Positions 1 through 13,169 of a stretch of 64,000 nt of DNA are shown here, piece by piece. Location of the stretch: assembly GCA_002633005.1 (NCBI GenBank), contig NMRA01000080.1, positions 835,291 to 899,290 on the forward strand, in the 5' to 3' direction. A model generated the notes under the pieces. That model searched no databases and had not been told where the DNA came from. It worked only from the letters and a program-made list of their open reading frames with translations. The translations under genes and the position numbers were made by a program. Origin of the DNA: Phoronis australis. Taxonomy: Eukaryota; Animalia; Phoronida. Within the stretch, counting starts at the first letter, position 1. Every line of letters begins with the position of its first letter.

Positions 1-234
1 GTTAAAACTGCAGGGATTGGACTGCGCCTTTGTGCCATCAGCGCATAAAAAAATAAAAAGACGCATGTTGCAGCAGTGCGCCCCCCCTGGTGCATCTTTT
101 AAAACGCATTACTCTTCCAAAAACACAAGATTCTAGTCAACTTACCGCCAGTCGTGTTAAACATGATGGAGTTTCTGTTTCATATGTTACCACTTTAATT
201 ATACTAAATCTGCTGGCCACAAGTTTTTGAAAAA

Positions 235-627
235 AGGCACACTTTTTATCATCAGGTGTAACCAGAGGGCACAGCTTCAAACCTGGTCAGAAATATTCTT
301 GAGAGTGTAATTTTGGCTAGTGTAAAGACCACTGCGTGGTTTTGTAAATTCTAGACTTTGCTATAGGCACACTTTTTATCATCAGGTGTACCCAAAGGGC
401 ACAGCTTCAAACCTGGTCAGAAATATCCTTGAGAGTGTATAGGCTTTTGGCTAGTGTAAAGACCACTGCGTGGTTTTGTAAATTCTAGACTTTGCTAAAG
501 GCACACTTTTTATCATCAGGTGTACTCAAAGGGCACAGCTTCAAACCTGGTCAGAAATATTCTTGAGAGTGTAATTTTGGCTAGTGCAAAGACCAGTGCG
601 TGGTTTTGTAAATTCTAGACTTTGCTA
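235..627. repeat. Tandem repeat, ~130-134 bp unit x3
   Basis: Unit AGGCACACTTTTTATCATCAGGTGTA...GTAAATTCTAGACTTTGCTA starts near 235, 365 and 499, with near-identical copies. Confidence 0.9.
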
Positions 628-3377
628 TCGATTTGGTAACCATGGTGCATTAAGTTATTATTAAGGTGCAAGATTTACCCCTTATCAAAATGTCGTGTCA
701 TTTAAAATTTGGGACAGGTGTCCTTGGATATTTCTTATGCAACGAAAGTCACCGTTTCACTCTATGTATCATCTCATCCCAGTTGTGTCCCGGTTGGAGG
801 TGGGAGATAAGTAGTCACACTGTCAGGCCATGCAACTCTACCCGATATGTTGTGTGCAGTACAACTTCAAATATGTTGAACAGTTTTACGAATTATTGCA
901 TACTTCCATAGATGAAGAGAGGTTACTGGTATGGAGAACTTGATCCCTTATGTTTTTTGCAGATTTTGTCAACAATTGTGCCTCCTGGTGGCAATTTAAG
1001 ATATCATTTTGTTCCATTCACTTGTGTGTAATCGGGGAGGTTTTGGTAATGCTTTGTGGAATTGTTAATTAAAATGCACGTGGCAAGTGTACCCCAGCTA
1101 TAACCCACATGCAAGATGGTCTTTGACTATATGTGATGAAGAAACACTGGGACTGTTGTTAAGAAACGGGCTTCAGTGCTCAAAGCAAGCAGGTCTGTCT
1201 GATTGGCACTGTCCATTATTTAGTTCATTCTTAGACTCTAGCATTTTTGTCTGGTTTCAATTCACAGATAGCATATTATTGTGAGCTTGCAATATATTGG
1301 GAGGGTGGGATTCCATCTCCCGTAGCTATATTGGATTTCAATTATGAATGTGACATGGGGTCCTTTCACTGTCGGCATATTCACCATTTGTGCTTGCCAG
1401 TGTTCTATTTGAGCGTGTTATTGGGACAATTGATTTTATGGGTCCAAAGTTCAGTCCTGAGGCACGCGCAAGTGTAGCCTCGCAGCCTCCAGCGCACAGT
1501 CAGCTTCTGGCAAACTGAAAATACAGTTCGTGACTGTATTGACTTAGTATGTGGACAGAGAAGACTAGCCTGATAGGGTGTCGCATTAATGCTGCGCATC
1601 ATTTACTACCAAGTAATGCCAGTGCAGTGTAAACAGACAGCGGGAGTATACATGTGATGCTGTAACCCATGACAACACGGAATAATTGTTGTAATAAGGG
1701 ACCAATCTGTGCCTTGCTACGGTACTTGACGCCAGTTCTTTGACCAATCACGAGCAAGCAATGATCGAAGCAATTCTAGTCTCTGGGTAGGTACTAGTTT
1801 AACAGTTATCAAGTCTCTTCCCGATGACCTTCAGTAATGAGAAAAAGGAGCTTTTATCCCGGACTACTTTACTGCAGTTGGATGTATAATGCTCAAGTTT
1901 AAATTGTTGTGAAATCACAGTAATTTTGAGCTCATTTCGACTTCTGTCCCACATTTGAGTTCAAAGGATTCCAAACCCGGTTTTGGCCTATTAACAAATA
2001 CTCTGAAACAGTATAATGCTCTGTAATCATTGACGACCAGTTAGGATGAAAATTTGAAAAGTCCTTTCAAAGTCTGTTCAACGGGCAAGGTTTTAGCGTA
2101 TTACAGGGCAACTGTCAGAAAATACCATCCACCAAGGACCATGAATTCAAATCTGTGACCGAGGGAGTATGGATTTTTAGTTGATTCCTACCTTTAACTT
2201 GGAAGATTAACGCCATTGATGCATTAGCATGTGACAGCATTGATTTTAATCATCAAAATGGAGTTTAATATCCTTTTAAAAGTCACACGCCACATATTTC
2301 AGTCCTGTTGAAGACGTTGCGAGTGTGAGTAAATATTAAGTCAAACTTACGATCACTTCTGTGGAACGGAAGATTTGCCTAAAAATTGACTGAAGTTAAC
2401 GACTTGTCTTAGCCAAGTCAGTTTTCTTGTTATGGGCCCCATGACTTCCTGGTTGTGATAGCTTTCTTTTGGCATCTGTCCAAAATTGTGCAGCTTATTG
2501 TGATTTGCGTCAGTTAACTCACTGCCTTCACTGACCATGTACAGTGAACTTAAAAACCTATAACATGCCACAATGCCAAGGTCCTGTACTTGTGCATCAG
2601 TTGTAGATTATCAGATTTAGATTTGTGACCCACTTCGCCTAATTACCTTTGTATGTCATGGACAGCCAATGTTGATTGTGATTGTTAAATATTTGATGAC
2701 TCAGAATTACTGTTTTCTAGTGATATTAAATGCATCAGCTTGTTATGTTTTGCATTAAACAAAAATAAAATGTGCAATTTTTATTTTACGATTTTCTTAT
2801 GTTCCCAAACTGTATCGTAGAGTTACACAAATCGCAACAATTGCATTTTGTAGTTTTAAAAAAGGTAGACAATATTTGTTCCTGTGGACGACTGGTAAAG
2901 TTTCGAAGAAAACCATTCTAATTTTCAAATAATGGCTAGACAAAAAAGAATAGTTGATACTCAGACTCGTTTTGAAACCTATGCTCATTACATAAAAAAA
3001 CTTCTCAAGGCAACAAAGTACACCAATTCCAATGTTCCCATTGGAAAGAACTCCTTTAAAATCATTTGTTCTTTTTGAGTACACTTCACTGAGATGTCAA
3101 CTGACGAAACAACCAACCCTTTTTAATGCAACTTCAACACTGCAATCCTGTGAAAGGAAATAACTAGAAATGTAAACCAAATGATTCCAGCTTACATTAA
3201 CAACATTTCTCTTTGCTAACATATAGTCTATCTGAATGATTTCGAAGAAGCCACAAAGTTAGAGATCAGAATATTTTTTAACAATGTAGGTCTACGTTAC
3301 AAGTTTCGACTCTATTGAACAGTGCCGATGTTAACATGCATGCTCAGTGCCAGAATGACACCAGCTAGTGCTGCCCC

Positions 3378-6300
3378 CTAGGCCTTATCCTCAATCAGTT
3401 TGAAGACAACGCCCTCTGCAGGCCCCAGCACTAACTTGTCCAAGTTAAGTTTCGCCTTTAGCTTGAAGTCGTCGTGTTTAAAGTTGGCCGACGTAGCTAC
3501 CACCTCGCCAACCTTGGTCACATTGTCTGGGTCGGCTGTCCGACACTCGACGAGAGCGGCTGACTTGCCGAAGTTGAGGACGACCAGATAGCCCGGGAAG
3601 CCTTCGGCCTTGCGAACGAAAGAAACGATGCCGCTGTGGACGACATTCCAGATGAGCTCACCCCAAAGCAAGGATTCGTTGGTACGCAAGAAGCTCAACT
3701 CTTCAAACACTTCCAGATTACTTTTGCCAGCACCAGCACTGAACTGAGCCTGCAAGGGAAAGAATACATAGACATCAAGTTGAAAGTTTTATTCTTGTTT
3801 CGTTTAGTTAGTAGATTTGACAACACCAAAAGCTGTCATCATAGTTAAATGAGAAAGCTATCAAAAGCAGTCCGCTGAGCTTAGCATGTTGAGTCATCCC
3901 ACAAATAAAACCACACTCTTGATTATGAATACCTATTCCAAAGATTACACCTGAATAAAACCCAACTTCTACTTCTCAGAATACTAAATGGGTTATTTCC
4001 AAAATGAATACATTAAATATACTAAATAAGTTTATTCCTAAGTACTCGTGTACTAAATTTATTTACATAATCGTATTTAACTTTCAGTAGTAAAATTTGT
4101 TAAGACCAACATTGGAATAAATCACAAAACGTTAAAAACATTGATCATGTTTCAATTTGACCAAAACTATCCATTCTGGTTAATAGAAAAATTGTGCTTC
4201 AGTGCTCATTCAATCTCAGTGCTTTACAACTTCACAACAGTCATGTACGATCCACGCAAAATTACAAGTTTGACTAATTTCGGAACACCATGTCTCAGAA
4301 ATGGTGGACCGCAGATTCACAAGAAACTTCCAGATACCATGCCTTGTGCACTGTACTCCAAAACTATTTAGAAAACACAACAATTAATTCTCCTTATTTG
4401 GAAAATATTTGATTGGGAATTGAACATGTGCCATAGGTTTACTGTCAAACACCTTTTACAAAGTTTTTAATTCAAAAGAAGCAAAGAGTCTCTTTACCAT
4501 AGCAAACTATCTGAACACAAACTATGAACAGAGAATACATCACAGATCTCGAGAGCAAAACCCTGTCAAGTTGAGGAACCAAGTAATTGACCAATTGAAA
4601 GCTCCGCCCTCTTGCAAAATGTCAACAAAAAACAATAAGTATTACCCAGCAACGTGTCGTTTGTCGGGTAAGATGGTGGCTTGGAAACGAAGGTGAGTCA
4701 AGAATGCTGGGTTTTGATTGGTCAGTTCAGTCACTCAAATCCTGGCGATAGGTCAATTGCCCCACGGTTGCACACAAAGGCTTTTATTTAAACACCCGGC
4801 CATACAACGGGCCAATTAACACACATCAAGAGTTTCAGCGCTATACCTTCACACTGTTGAGCTTGTAGTCGGCGGGTACAGGCAGCCAGGGGGTAGCGTT
4901 GGTGAATCCCGCGAACGGGGAGCCATCCCACTGCATAGGCGTACGGTAGTTATCCCGCGAGAACATGTTGTACTCGGTCTGTAGGACAAATTATATGAAG
5001 TTTGCAATTATGCAACACCAATGACGCAAGCTAGTGCTCCTAGTAGAAGGTACAGAAAGATTAAGAATTTAGCTTCCATGAATTTCCAAGACGGAATAGT
5101 CATTTTCCACAAGTTATTCTTGCTACAAAAAGAGGGGCGGAAATGAATTTTGCTACTTTAAGGTATGAAATCGCCAGATCAACCAGTAGATACCTATCAA
5201 CATGGTCTACACCATTTTGAAGATATCAGATGGCACCACCAGGATGTCAAAATCGAGTTTCTGAAAAGGTGCACATTGCCGGAAAAGCAGCTTGAAGGAA
5301 TAGGTTTACGAAAAAGCGCCAAGGGTGTTCTATCAGGAACCCCAGGTATGTACAAGAATGTAGGCGCCCTGCTGTTTCCAGCACCTGAAATTTCTTAACA
5401 AAAAATCCAGCAAATTGTACTTCAACCTGTCCAACATTAATGTTGTATAGCAGACATAGCACTACACCAGGTACAATTAAGATCACTTGTACCATGGCAG
5501 TCTGCCTTTGACAAAACATTACTGTCCATAAGGGACATTTAGAGCCAAATACAAACCAATGGGTACTTCATGTCACCCAATGTCTAGAAGCCATTTAAAA
5601 TTATCACATAAAGAAAACACCAAACACCCATGCCGTCTCACCTCGTTCCAGTTGTCTCCAACGTCCATTTTGTTGGCAAATGACACGTCGCCATCAACCA
5701 TGCCGATCTCGTTACCATAGTAGACGACGGCAGTGCCTGGTAGGAGGAGCTGAAGCATGTTAGCTATGTTGACTTTCTCGCGGCCGAGGCGGGAGGCAGG
5801 GCGACGCGAATTCGAGTCACTTAGCTAGAGAGAGGATTAGAATTCCATGACATCACCCATGAACAGAAAGCTTAAACCATTTTCAATGGATTTGAGTCAT
5901 AGTAACAACATTCAATTCACATTTTCACTCAGGCTGAGAAAATACGAGCAATGCAGAGCGTTATCATAAGCCCACCGCTGTTCTTCGACAGAATGGCGCC
6001 ATCCGTGAGCATTTTCGCTCTTTCGCAAGTATGAGAGAAACGAAATGAAGATCATCAATAGTGCTGCGTGTTCAACGAATTTTGCATCTCACAAAATGTG
6101 CTACCCAAGCATAGTAAGTGCAGGCAGAGATATACAGACAGCAGTCCATCATATCTCATTTACAACTACACTCATACTTTGAGAAATAAATATCTCAATG
6201 AAAACAAAACAGCAGTGTATTTGTAACAAAGACCCGAAATCTCGTTCACCAAGCGCAACCTACCATCCAGGTTGACCACTTATCATGCGGCGCGACACGG

Positions 6301-9300
6301 TCAATCTCCTCATTCACCAAAGCCTGAATCTTGTGACAGCTAGTGCCTGCAGTCAGACCAAACAGGTTTTTGTTGAGAGCCAGGTTTGCTCCCTTGGTGT
6401 CGTTGCCAGTCAAGTACTTGATAGTCACCAAAGAACCACCAGCGTCTACCAACAGGGACCTATAAAACAATCAGGCACACAACTTCATAATACTGACGCA
6501 AACTGTAAACTAATCATGACCTGACATTTGTGAGACAGCATGCCACTCAAAGTCACTATAAACAAAAGGCAAATCCAACTGGAAAGAGGAAAAGGGCAAC
6601 TTGTGGCTGGTAGGATCGGTTTTGCAAGTGTCCTACATTTCACACCAGTGTTATTAATTACAGCTTTTAGCTTATTCATTTATTTATTATTGTGACATTT
6701 AAAATGAGGGTAGCTTTTAGCTTATGGAACACATGCAAAGAATAATAAATACCTGGACAAAGAATCATTGGCTTTGTTTTAAGTTTCCATAAATAGAAGC
6801 TAAGAATACACTTAAAATATTAAGATTTTGGTAAATCTAAGGAAAATGAAAAAACAGCGGGAATGTCATAGCAATGGAAATTTGTGGAATTTGCCACTAC
6901 CTTTGTCTCTCAGTTTTAGCAGTCATGTTGTCCAACAGCTCCTGCCAGTGGTAGACCAGAGGAAAGTTCTCAGGCTGGTCGACTGTTAAGGTGTGCTGGA
7001 GAGAGTCGTAGTCTCCCTGCAAATCCATGAAGAGAATCAGTGCCACGACTTTTGCAAGTCTACCAAGTCTAAAACAAGTCCAACTTACCACGCTCCTCAC
7101 ATCAACACAGATTTGCAGACTCAGCTCCCCAGAGACAGAAAAACTTAAGGTGTTGTTGACCTAATTTTCAAAGAAACGGTGGCATCGTGATACTCTGAGC
7201 CAAGTCAGACGACTTAACGGCTATTGATATCAGTTCACAGAGCACTGAGTTTTTCAAAACCTCAACTGTCAACTTTGCAACTGTTCATGCAAAAGTAAAC
7301 CATTATTGGTACCAGAGTGACAAATGTAAAATAGGGATCAGTACAGCAGTCGTGTACAAAGATGGGCATGCTCAAAACAGATATGAGGAAATGCCTATGT
7401 CCTATGCTGCACTTAACACTGTTCTTCAGTGACTGCGGTGAATTGTTTAACAGCTGCACAGTTCTGTATCAAGTTCTTCCCAAACTAGGAAATATTCTAC
7501 TAAACTCCTTAGCATTGTGAGGCCACAAAATCTGTTTTGACCCAATTTCCAGTCCACGACAGGTTGACTTGACACAGATGCAAAACTATTTTTTTCATTC
7601 ACTGGCATTTTGAGACACTGAACATACCTATCTGCATGAATTGTTTGAATGTACCATCGCACAACATTGGAAATTTAACAGTATGACGGCTGCAAAGAAC
7701 ATACAATCCACCGACCAGTGCCCTCTAAGTGTAGACTTACCGCTGTACCATTACCGGCAGGCTCGTTGCGTAGATCCTTGTCTTCAAACAAATACTGGGC
7801 GTTCTGCACCACAAAACCGTCTACTCCCAGATCTAACCAGTGCTGAAGAATTTCCTGGAACAAGTAACGAAAAAATTAACTAGTGTTTCAAGAATGGAAA
7901 ATGACTTAATTGACAGCCGAGCATTTTTATCAACACTGTGCTGGTGCCAAATGTGAAAACCATAAAAATTCTCCAATTTAAGACAGTCTTTAGAATTTGG
8001 GACACGGAAACATAGAGAAAATTGAATTTTTTGATTATGTAATTTGGTACAAGTGCAATTTTGGCATTCGTCATATCTCTAAAATTTCGAATGACCTGTT
8101 TCCAATCTAAAGAGTGGGTAATTTTGCAGCCTTTTGGCGATTCTTGAATTTGGGACAGCCAATATTATTGTTGCTCATGTGAATTAACAAAATTGCAAAA
8201 TTACGAAATCAATACCCGATGCACAACTTTTGCACAAATTTCACCGTGTTTGAATTTTTGCTCAAGAAGAATTATCTACCATACCGTGAGTTCATCCAGA
8301 ACTTTGGGGTTTCTCAGGTTCAACTCCGGCAGGTTCTCCTGAGTCTGGTGCAGGTAATACTGTTCTCGAAGACCATGCATCGTCCACGCTGGCTTGTTGT
8401 ACGTACTCACCTGAAAAAGGATTGCAATACTATTAGGCAACTCATTCCGAGATGACAGGAACACTTCCCATATTGCACACCTACATACACAACGTGATTT
8501 ACTTCGTATTTCACAGTTGTAAAACCCAACCATGAGCTCAGTTGTCTTCAATGCTTAGTCACTACTTTGGTGACAGCTATAACCGTAACAAGGAATATTG
8601 TTGGGAGAGGAATGAACACCCTGAGATAGCAACAAAATCGCACTGCTTATGACGACGATAATAATAACAACAATAATAATCATAATAATAATAGTAATAG
8701 TAATAACCATAGTAATAATAGTAATACTCACAATGTTATACTCAGTACTATTATTGTTCTAATTGGAAGGCTCAATCATTCACTTGATTTTATGAATTCA
8801 TTACCAATTGATGATTCAGTCATCAAGAATGATGAATCATACCACCTGGAGACTGACAACATTCTTTGGCGACATGCTGTGCAACATGACTCATCAGTCA
8901 TCAGGCACAACACAGAGCAGGCAGCCAGACACTTACCCAGTTGTTAGGCGGGGAGCTACCATTGACACCTATGGCTCCGTCGGCCCAGACGTAGAAATCG
9001 GCGTATGGCCCGCTGGAACTCTTGCTACTCTCCGCGAACCACTTGTGGGTTTTACTGGTGTGATTAGGGATAAAGTCCAGCAACAGCTTCATACCTACAA
9101 TATTACATGTAAACAGGGCTTGACGGTTATAACTGGTGAGACCTGTCAACTGTTACACTCTTCACGGTTTTATAAAAAAATAAATGCAGACGGTCTTGTA
9201 CACCTTGTACCAGACATGCGCAGGCAGTTCAGGTGGGCCCATCGCACTGTTCACCTGGAACCATTTTTATGTTGAATTGCTGTTTAGTTAAAACTGAGCT

Positions 9301-11515
9301 GAGGAGCTAGAGACCCGATTCAAGGGTCCAGCAATGTACCCCACTGGGACTCGAACTTACGACCCTGAGTAAAGGAAGCAACAATTATCCCGCTAGGCCA
9401 CACTTCTACCTCTCACTGTCAAGATTATTCTCTGGGAAGTTACAGGGTTAGAAATTACTTTTAAATTTAAAATACACAAGATAAAAGGTTCAAAACAAGT
9501 AGTTACAAGGTTTTTTGTGTTGAGGTCATGTTGGACCCTAGAAAATTTTTCAAATTTGAAACATTGCATCTCAGAAATGGCCGATTGGATTACGATGAAA
9601 TTTTCCTTCACTCACACTCACCACTCACAGAATGAGGCTTAGTACAGATGTAAAATGAAAACGGAAATGAGAAACCGCATTCCTACGGTAAAAATTCTCA
9701 CCGCAATTTTCGCAGGAATCAGTCACAAATTCCCATTAAAAAGATCCAGGCAAGTTCCATAATGTCTGGCCTTAGTGGTTTAAGATGTTTTTTGAGCTGT
9801 CCAATACATTGGACTTCACATTTTTTAACATAGCATTTTCCGAGCAATTACTTCATAAGCCAACATTATCAAGTATTATATTATCGTACTTACATCCGGC
9901 CAGATTATCTCACATGCAGTAATTTTTGACAAAACAACACGACATTATCTTGTAACAACAGGCGTCAAAAGAAACGCCAAGCAATCATCTTGATAACTGT
10001 CAAAGGCGAAGGCAACCTTTTTTCACGTCATTTTTAGCAAAAATAAGGTTCGTTGATTATTCCAGACATATTTTTCAGTTAATTACAGCTTTTTGTAATT
10101 TAAAAAATTACTCATCTGCTACTCCAGAAGTGACGTTTTGGGAGGCAAGAATTTCGCGCCAATTTCTTTTCATATAGACAGACTATGACAGCTGCAGTCA
10201 ATCATCGCTCTACCTCGGTTGTGATAAGTTCGGTCGTCGTTTGCTTTGTTTACGAGTCAGTCAACAAGCCACGTTGTTCCTGCGTGCCGGTGTGTATTCA
10301 TTATCGGACAGAGGAACAACTGTCCCACTTGCCCGAGTGTCCTGTGACACACTCCCACTGGATGGTTACCTGAGCACACAAACTGCTTACATCCCGCCTG
10401 TCACCTTCTAAATAGCTCCACCAATACTTTAGACAAGTCCACAGTAAACTTATCATTGTTTGGCTCACCGATGTGTTCATTGGACGACCAGGCCTTTATC
10501 TAGGATTTCGAAAATAGGGTGTCCAAAATGGGGTTCCCAATATTCCAGGGCGTCCATGATTCCGACGCGTAACCCCCCACCTCCAGTAATCCCCACAAAC
10601 ACACAGATTTTTTTACAAAAAATGCATAGACCAAGCAGCTTTTACATCTAAGTTTACAAAACAGCCTTCTGTAGTGAGCATTTTTACTAAAAAATAAATG
10701 TAGGCCAAGACTTTTACAATGCTATCAACCAAGTGCAAGCATGGCAACATTGTATGTACTTTGTATACATTGTATATTTCTTCCTACTTTGAAAAAATAG
10801 CCCCCACTGTGAGCCTTCAGAGGCTTCCTAGTCCTTGCCAGGGTGTCCAAATTAGTGCTAGGATGTCCATTTGGATGCCCAGGACGTACGCTGTATAAAG
10901 GCCTGTGGACGATGAACTCTCCTCTTCACTCGGTGTCTAACTGGGCCTGTATTCACTCCCACTACTCAACATCACAGCTGGGCTGCTTAGAGGCTCTGAG
11001 TACATCCCAGTACGCAGCAACAATGTGGCATGTTGACTAACTCGAAAACAAAAGCAAACACCATGGAACTTATCACAACCGAGATAGAACAATGACTGCC
11101 TCCGCAACTCTCACAGTTAGACTGTGAAAAGAAATTCGCGCAAAATTCCTGCTTCCCAAAACGTCACTTCTGGAGTAGAGGACGAATTATTAATGAAATT
11201 GCAAAAAGCTGTAATTAAGTGAAAAATATGTCAGGGATAATCAATGAACCTTATTTCCGCTAAAAATGACCTGAAAAAAGGTTGCCTTCCGCTTTAAGTC
11301 TTTGCCCAGTTTTTTTTTTTGAGCGGACTTGCAAAATATCATTTTCCATCACAGGCATTTTTAGGTAAGCCAACTCAAAGATGAGAAGTTCTCGCCACCT
11401 GGTGACTGGGGGTTCACAGTTTGTAAACATGTCCCTCCAGAGTAACAGCGTTTCAGAGAAACTAGTCGACCTCACGCACCAAATGCCCATTTTTCAATTT
11501 TACCACTTACCCTTT
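3378..11515 (-). CDS. SLC3A1: SLC3 heavy-chain/rBAT-like GH13 (maltase-fold) protein, copy 1, 5'-truncated at N gap
   Basis: GT-AG exons, phase-consistent: 11515-11511 (last 5 nt only, then N), 9094-8937, 8410-8285, 7854-7741, 7016-6901, 6459-6264, 5824-5642, 4978-4847, 3749-3378 (TAG). Motifs LDFIPNHTS, PPNNW, YYLHQ..PELNLRNP, WLDLGVDGF, LPGTAVVYYGNEIGM, SRDNYRTPMQW. The symbol means 'like'; orthology is not established. Confidence 0.88.
8655..8730. repeat. Degenerate (AAT/AGT)n microsatellite
   Basis: ataataataacaacaataataat...; the homologous tract in the other arm is ~16020-16690, split by a MITE. Confidence 0.8.
9340..9405 (-). mobile_element. Degenerate tRNA-derived SINE head (homolog on + at ~15354-15420)
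   Basis: Reverse complement has A-box-like TGGCCTAGCGG and B-box-like GTTCGAGTCC. No intact cloverleaf seen. Confidence 0.5.
10004..11293. mobile_element. Non-autonomous TIR element with ~165 bp TIRs, Kolobok-like (TTAA target)
   Basis: 10004-10172 is the reverse complement of ~11125-11293 (GAAGGCAACC...GGTTGCCTTC). Flanks are TCAA/TTAA, termini are AG..CT, and the element is absent from the paralogous intron. Confidence 0.75.
10489..10905. mobile_element. hAT-like MITE nested in the previous element
   Basis: TIR CAGGCCTTTAT...ATAAAGGCCTG with an 8-bp TSD TGGACGAC (10481-88) / TGGACGAT (10906-13). Confidence 0.8.
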
Positions 11516-11722
11516 NTATAGTGTTTCTCATAGACATTGACCTCCATCTCTAGCTGGCTGAGCCATCTCAAAAAGGTTAAATTAAAATTAGTCAGTCTAG
11601 AAACGGGATGTAGTCACTTTTCGCATTTCCAAGTGATGGTGGTCAATGTCTAGTGTTTCCATAAAACAATTTTAGAAAAATCAGAACCTGGTGGTGTTGA
11701 GACAAGAGTTTCTTATGAAACT

Positions 11723-12678
11723 AGGCAATGACCATCGCCTCTGTTGGCCCGACCAGAGGCGATGCAGCTCCTACAGGGGCTCCGTACGCCGGAAGCTTTT
11801 TGGCGAATTATGCCTCGCACTGGCTAAAGCATGAAAGTCACATTGTTATAAATACCTTTTGCGTATAGAGGGACACCTTAGGAGGTTTGGCGGTGTGTTT
11901 AATTCCTTGCAACTGAAACAAATACTTCTGTTATCGAACTTTTTGTTCGAGCAGTCACTCGTTCAGTTCCCAAAATTGTGAACTCACCATTTTTATACTG
12001 CGCACACTCCAATTTTTATCATGCTCGCTAGGTGATGTGACTTCATGACCTCAATCTTTAAATAGGCCAAAGGTGAGCTATTGCGGTCTTGTCAGTCAAA
12101 TGTTCGTTTCCAAAATGCCACCACTACTTGTCTTTAATTGGCGTTACTTGAAACTGATTGTATTTCAATGAACTATTGGTTGTATTTGATAAAAATAAAT
12201 GCTGTTGATATGACATTTAATAGTCTTTGTGCACATATTTGACATTTTAATGTTTAACAACACGGCAAATTCACGGCTGGTTCCTGGCAGCACGTACGCA
12301 AAGGGCGGGGACTGACTTCAGCTTTCAAAGTTCGCCAGTAGGACCGCAACTTCTGACCTTCGGCCTGGTTAAAAGAATGAGGTCATATCTCTTGGTGTGC
12401 GCCGAGTGAAAATGTTGAGTTCACGATTTTGGGAACTGAAATAGGGACTGCTCGAAGAAAAAGCTTGATAACGGGAGTATTTGTTCGAGTTGGAAAGAAT
12501 TAAACACATCGACAACCTCATAAGGTGCTCCTCTATGCGCAAAAGGTATTTATAACAACGTGACTTTGATGCTTTAGTCGGTGCGAGGCATAATTCGCCG
12601 AAAAGCTTCCAGCGTATGGAGCGCCTATAGGAGCTGCATCGCCTCTGGTCGGGCCAACAGAGGCGATAGTTATTGCCT
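11723..12678. mobile_element. Foldback/MITE-like element with ~290 bp inverted repeats
   Basis: 11723-12012 is the reverse complement of ~12391-12678. Each arm has an internal hairpin ATCGCCTCTG..CAGAGGCGAT, and 32-bp direct repeats flank the element. Confidence 0.8.
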
Positions 12679-13169
12679 GGTGGTGTTAAGACAAGAGTTT
12701 CTGATGAAACGAGACATCCTTTTCATTACCCAGACGGCGTGAGTAATAATGACTGGAAGACGCCACATTATGGTTAGGCTATGTCTGAAAGAAAGTCTTC
12801 CTAATAACAGTCTCTTCAAATCTGTCATGAAATCATGTGTGATTTACGGTTGCTGAAGATCCATGGTCATTTCGTGATTGGACACAAACTTGCCGTCTTA
12901 AACTGGGGTGACAGTTGGGGGATTGCTCTGACCAATGTAACACAAGTCAAATACAGAATGTTTCATTATCATGGTGCAAGAGGTTTTACCAAAAACAATT
13001 TAGAGATGTAAGAGACGAGTATTTATTACCGTCTGTTGCCCATGATTTTTGATAAATAACTTCATTGGAAGAATGATTATTCACAAAACTTTTTAATGGA
13101 TCATGTGACCTCCTAGGTATCTACAATGTTCCATTCAATTTCAAACCCATTCGAATTACTATGTTCCAG

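Noticed and set aside
8808-9275. 155-aa ORF and its mirror at 15508-15954
   Set aside because: Antisense to a real SLC3-like exon; their similarity just reflects the inverted duplication.
9340-9405. Functional tRNA gene
   Set aside because: A/B boxes are present but stems are broken and the two paralogous copies diverge freely; treated as a SINE relic.
11517-13169. Invertible promoter or trans-splicing switch between the two SLC3 copies
   Set aside because: No recombinase, first exon or promoter is visible, and the N at 11516 explains the missing 5' exons more simply.
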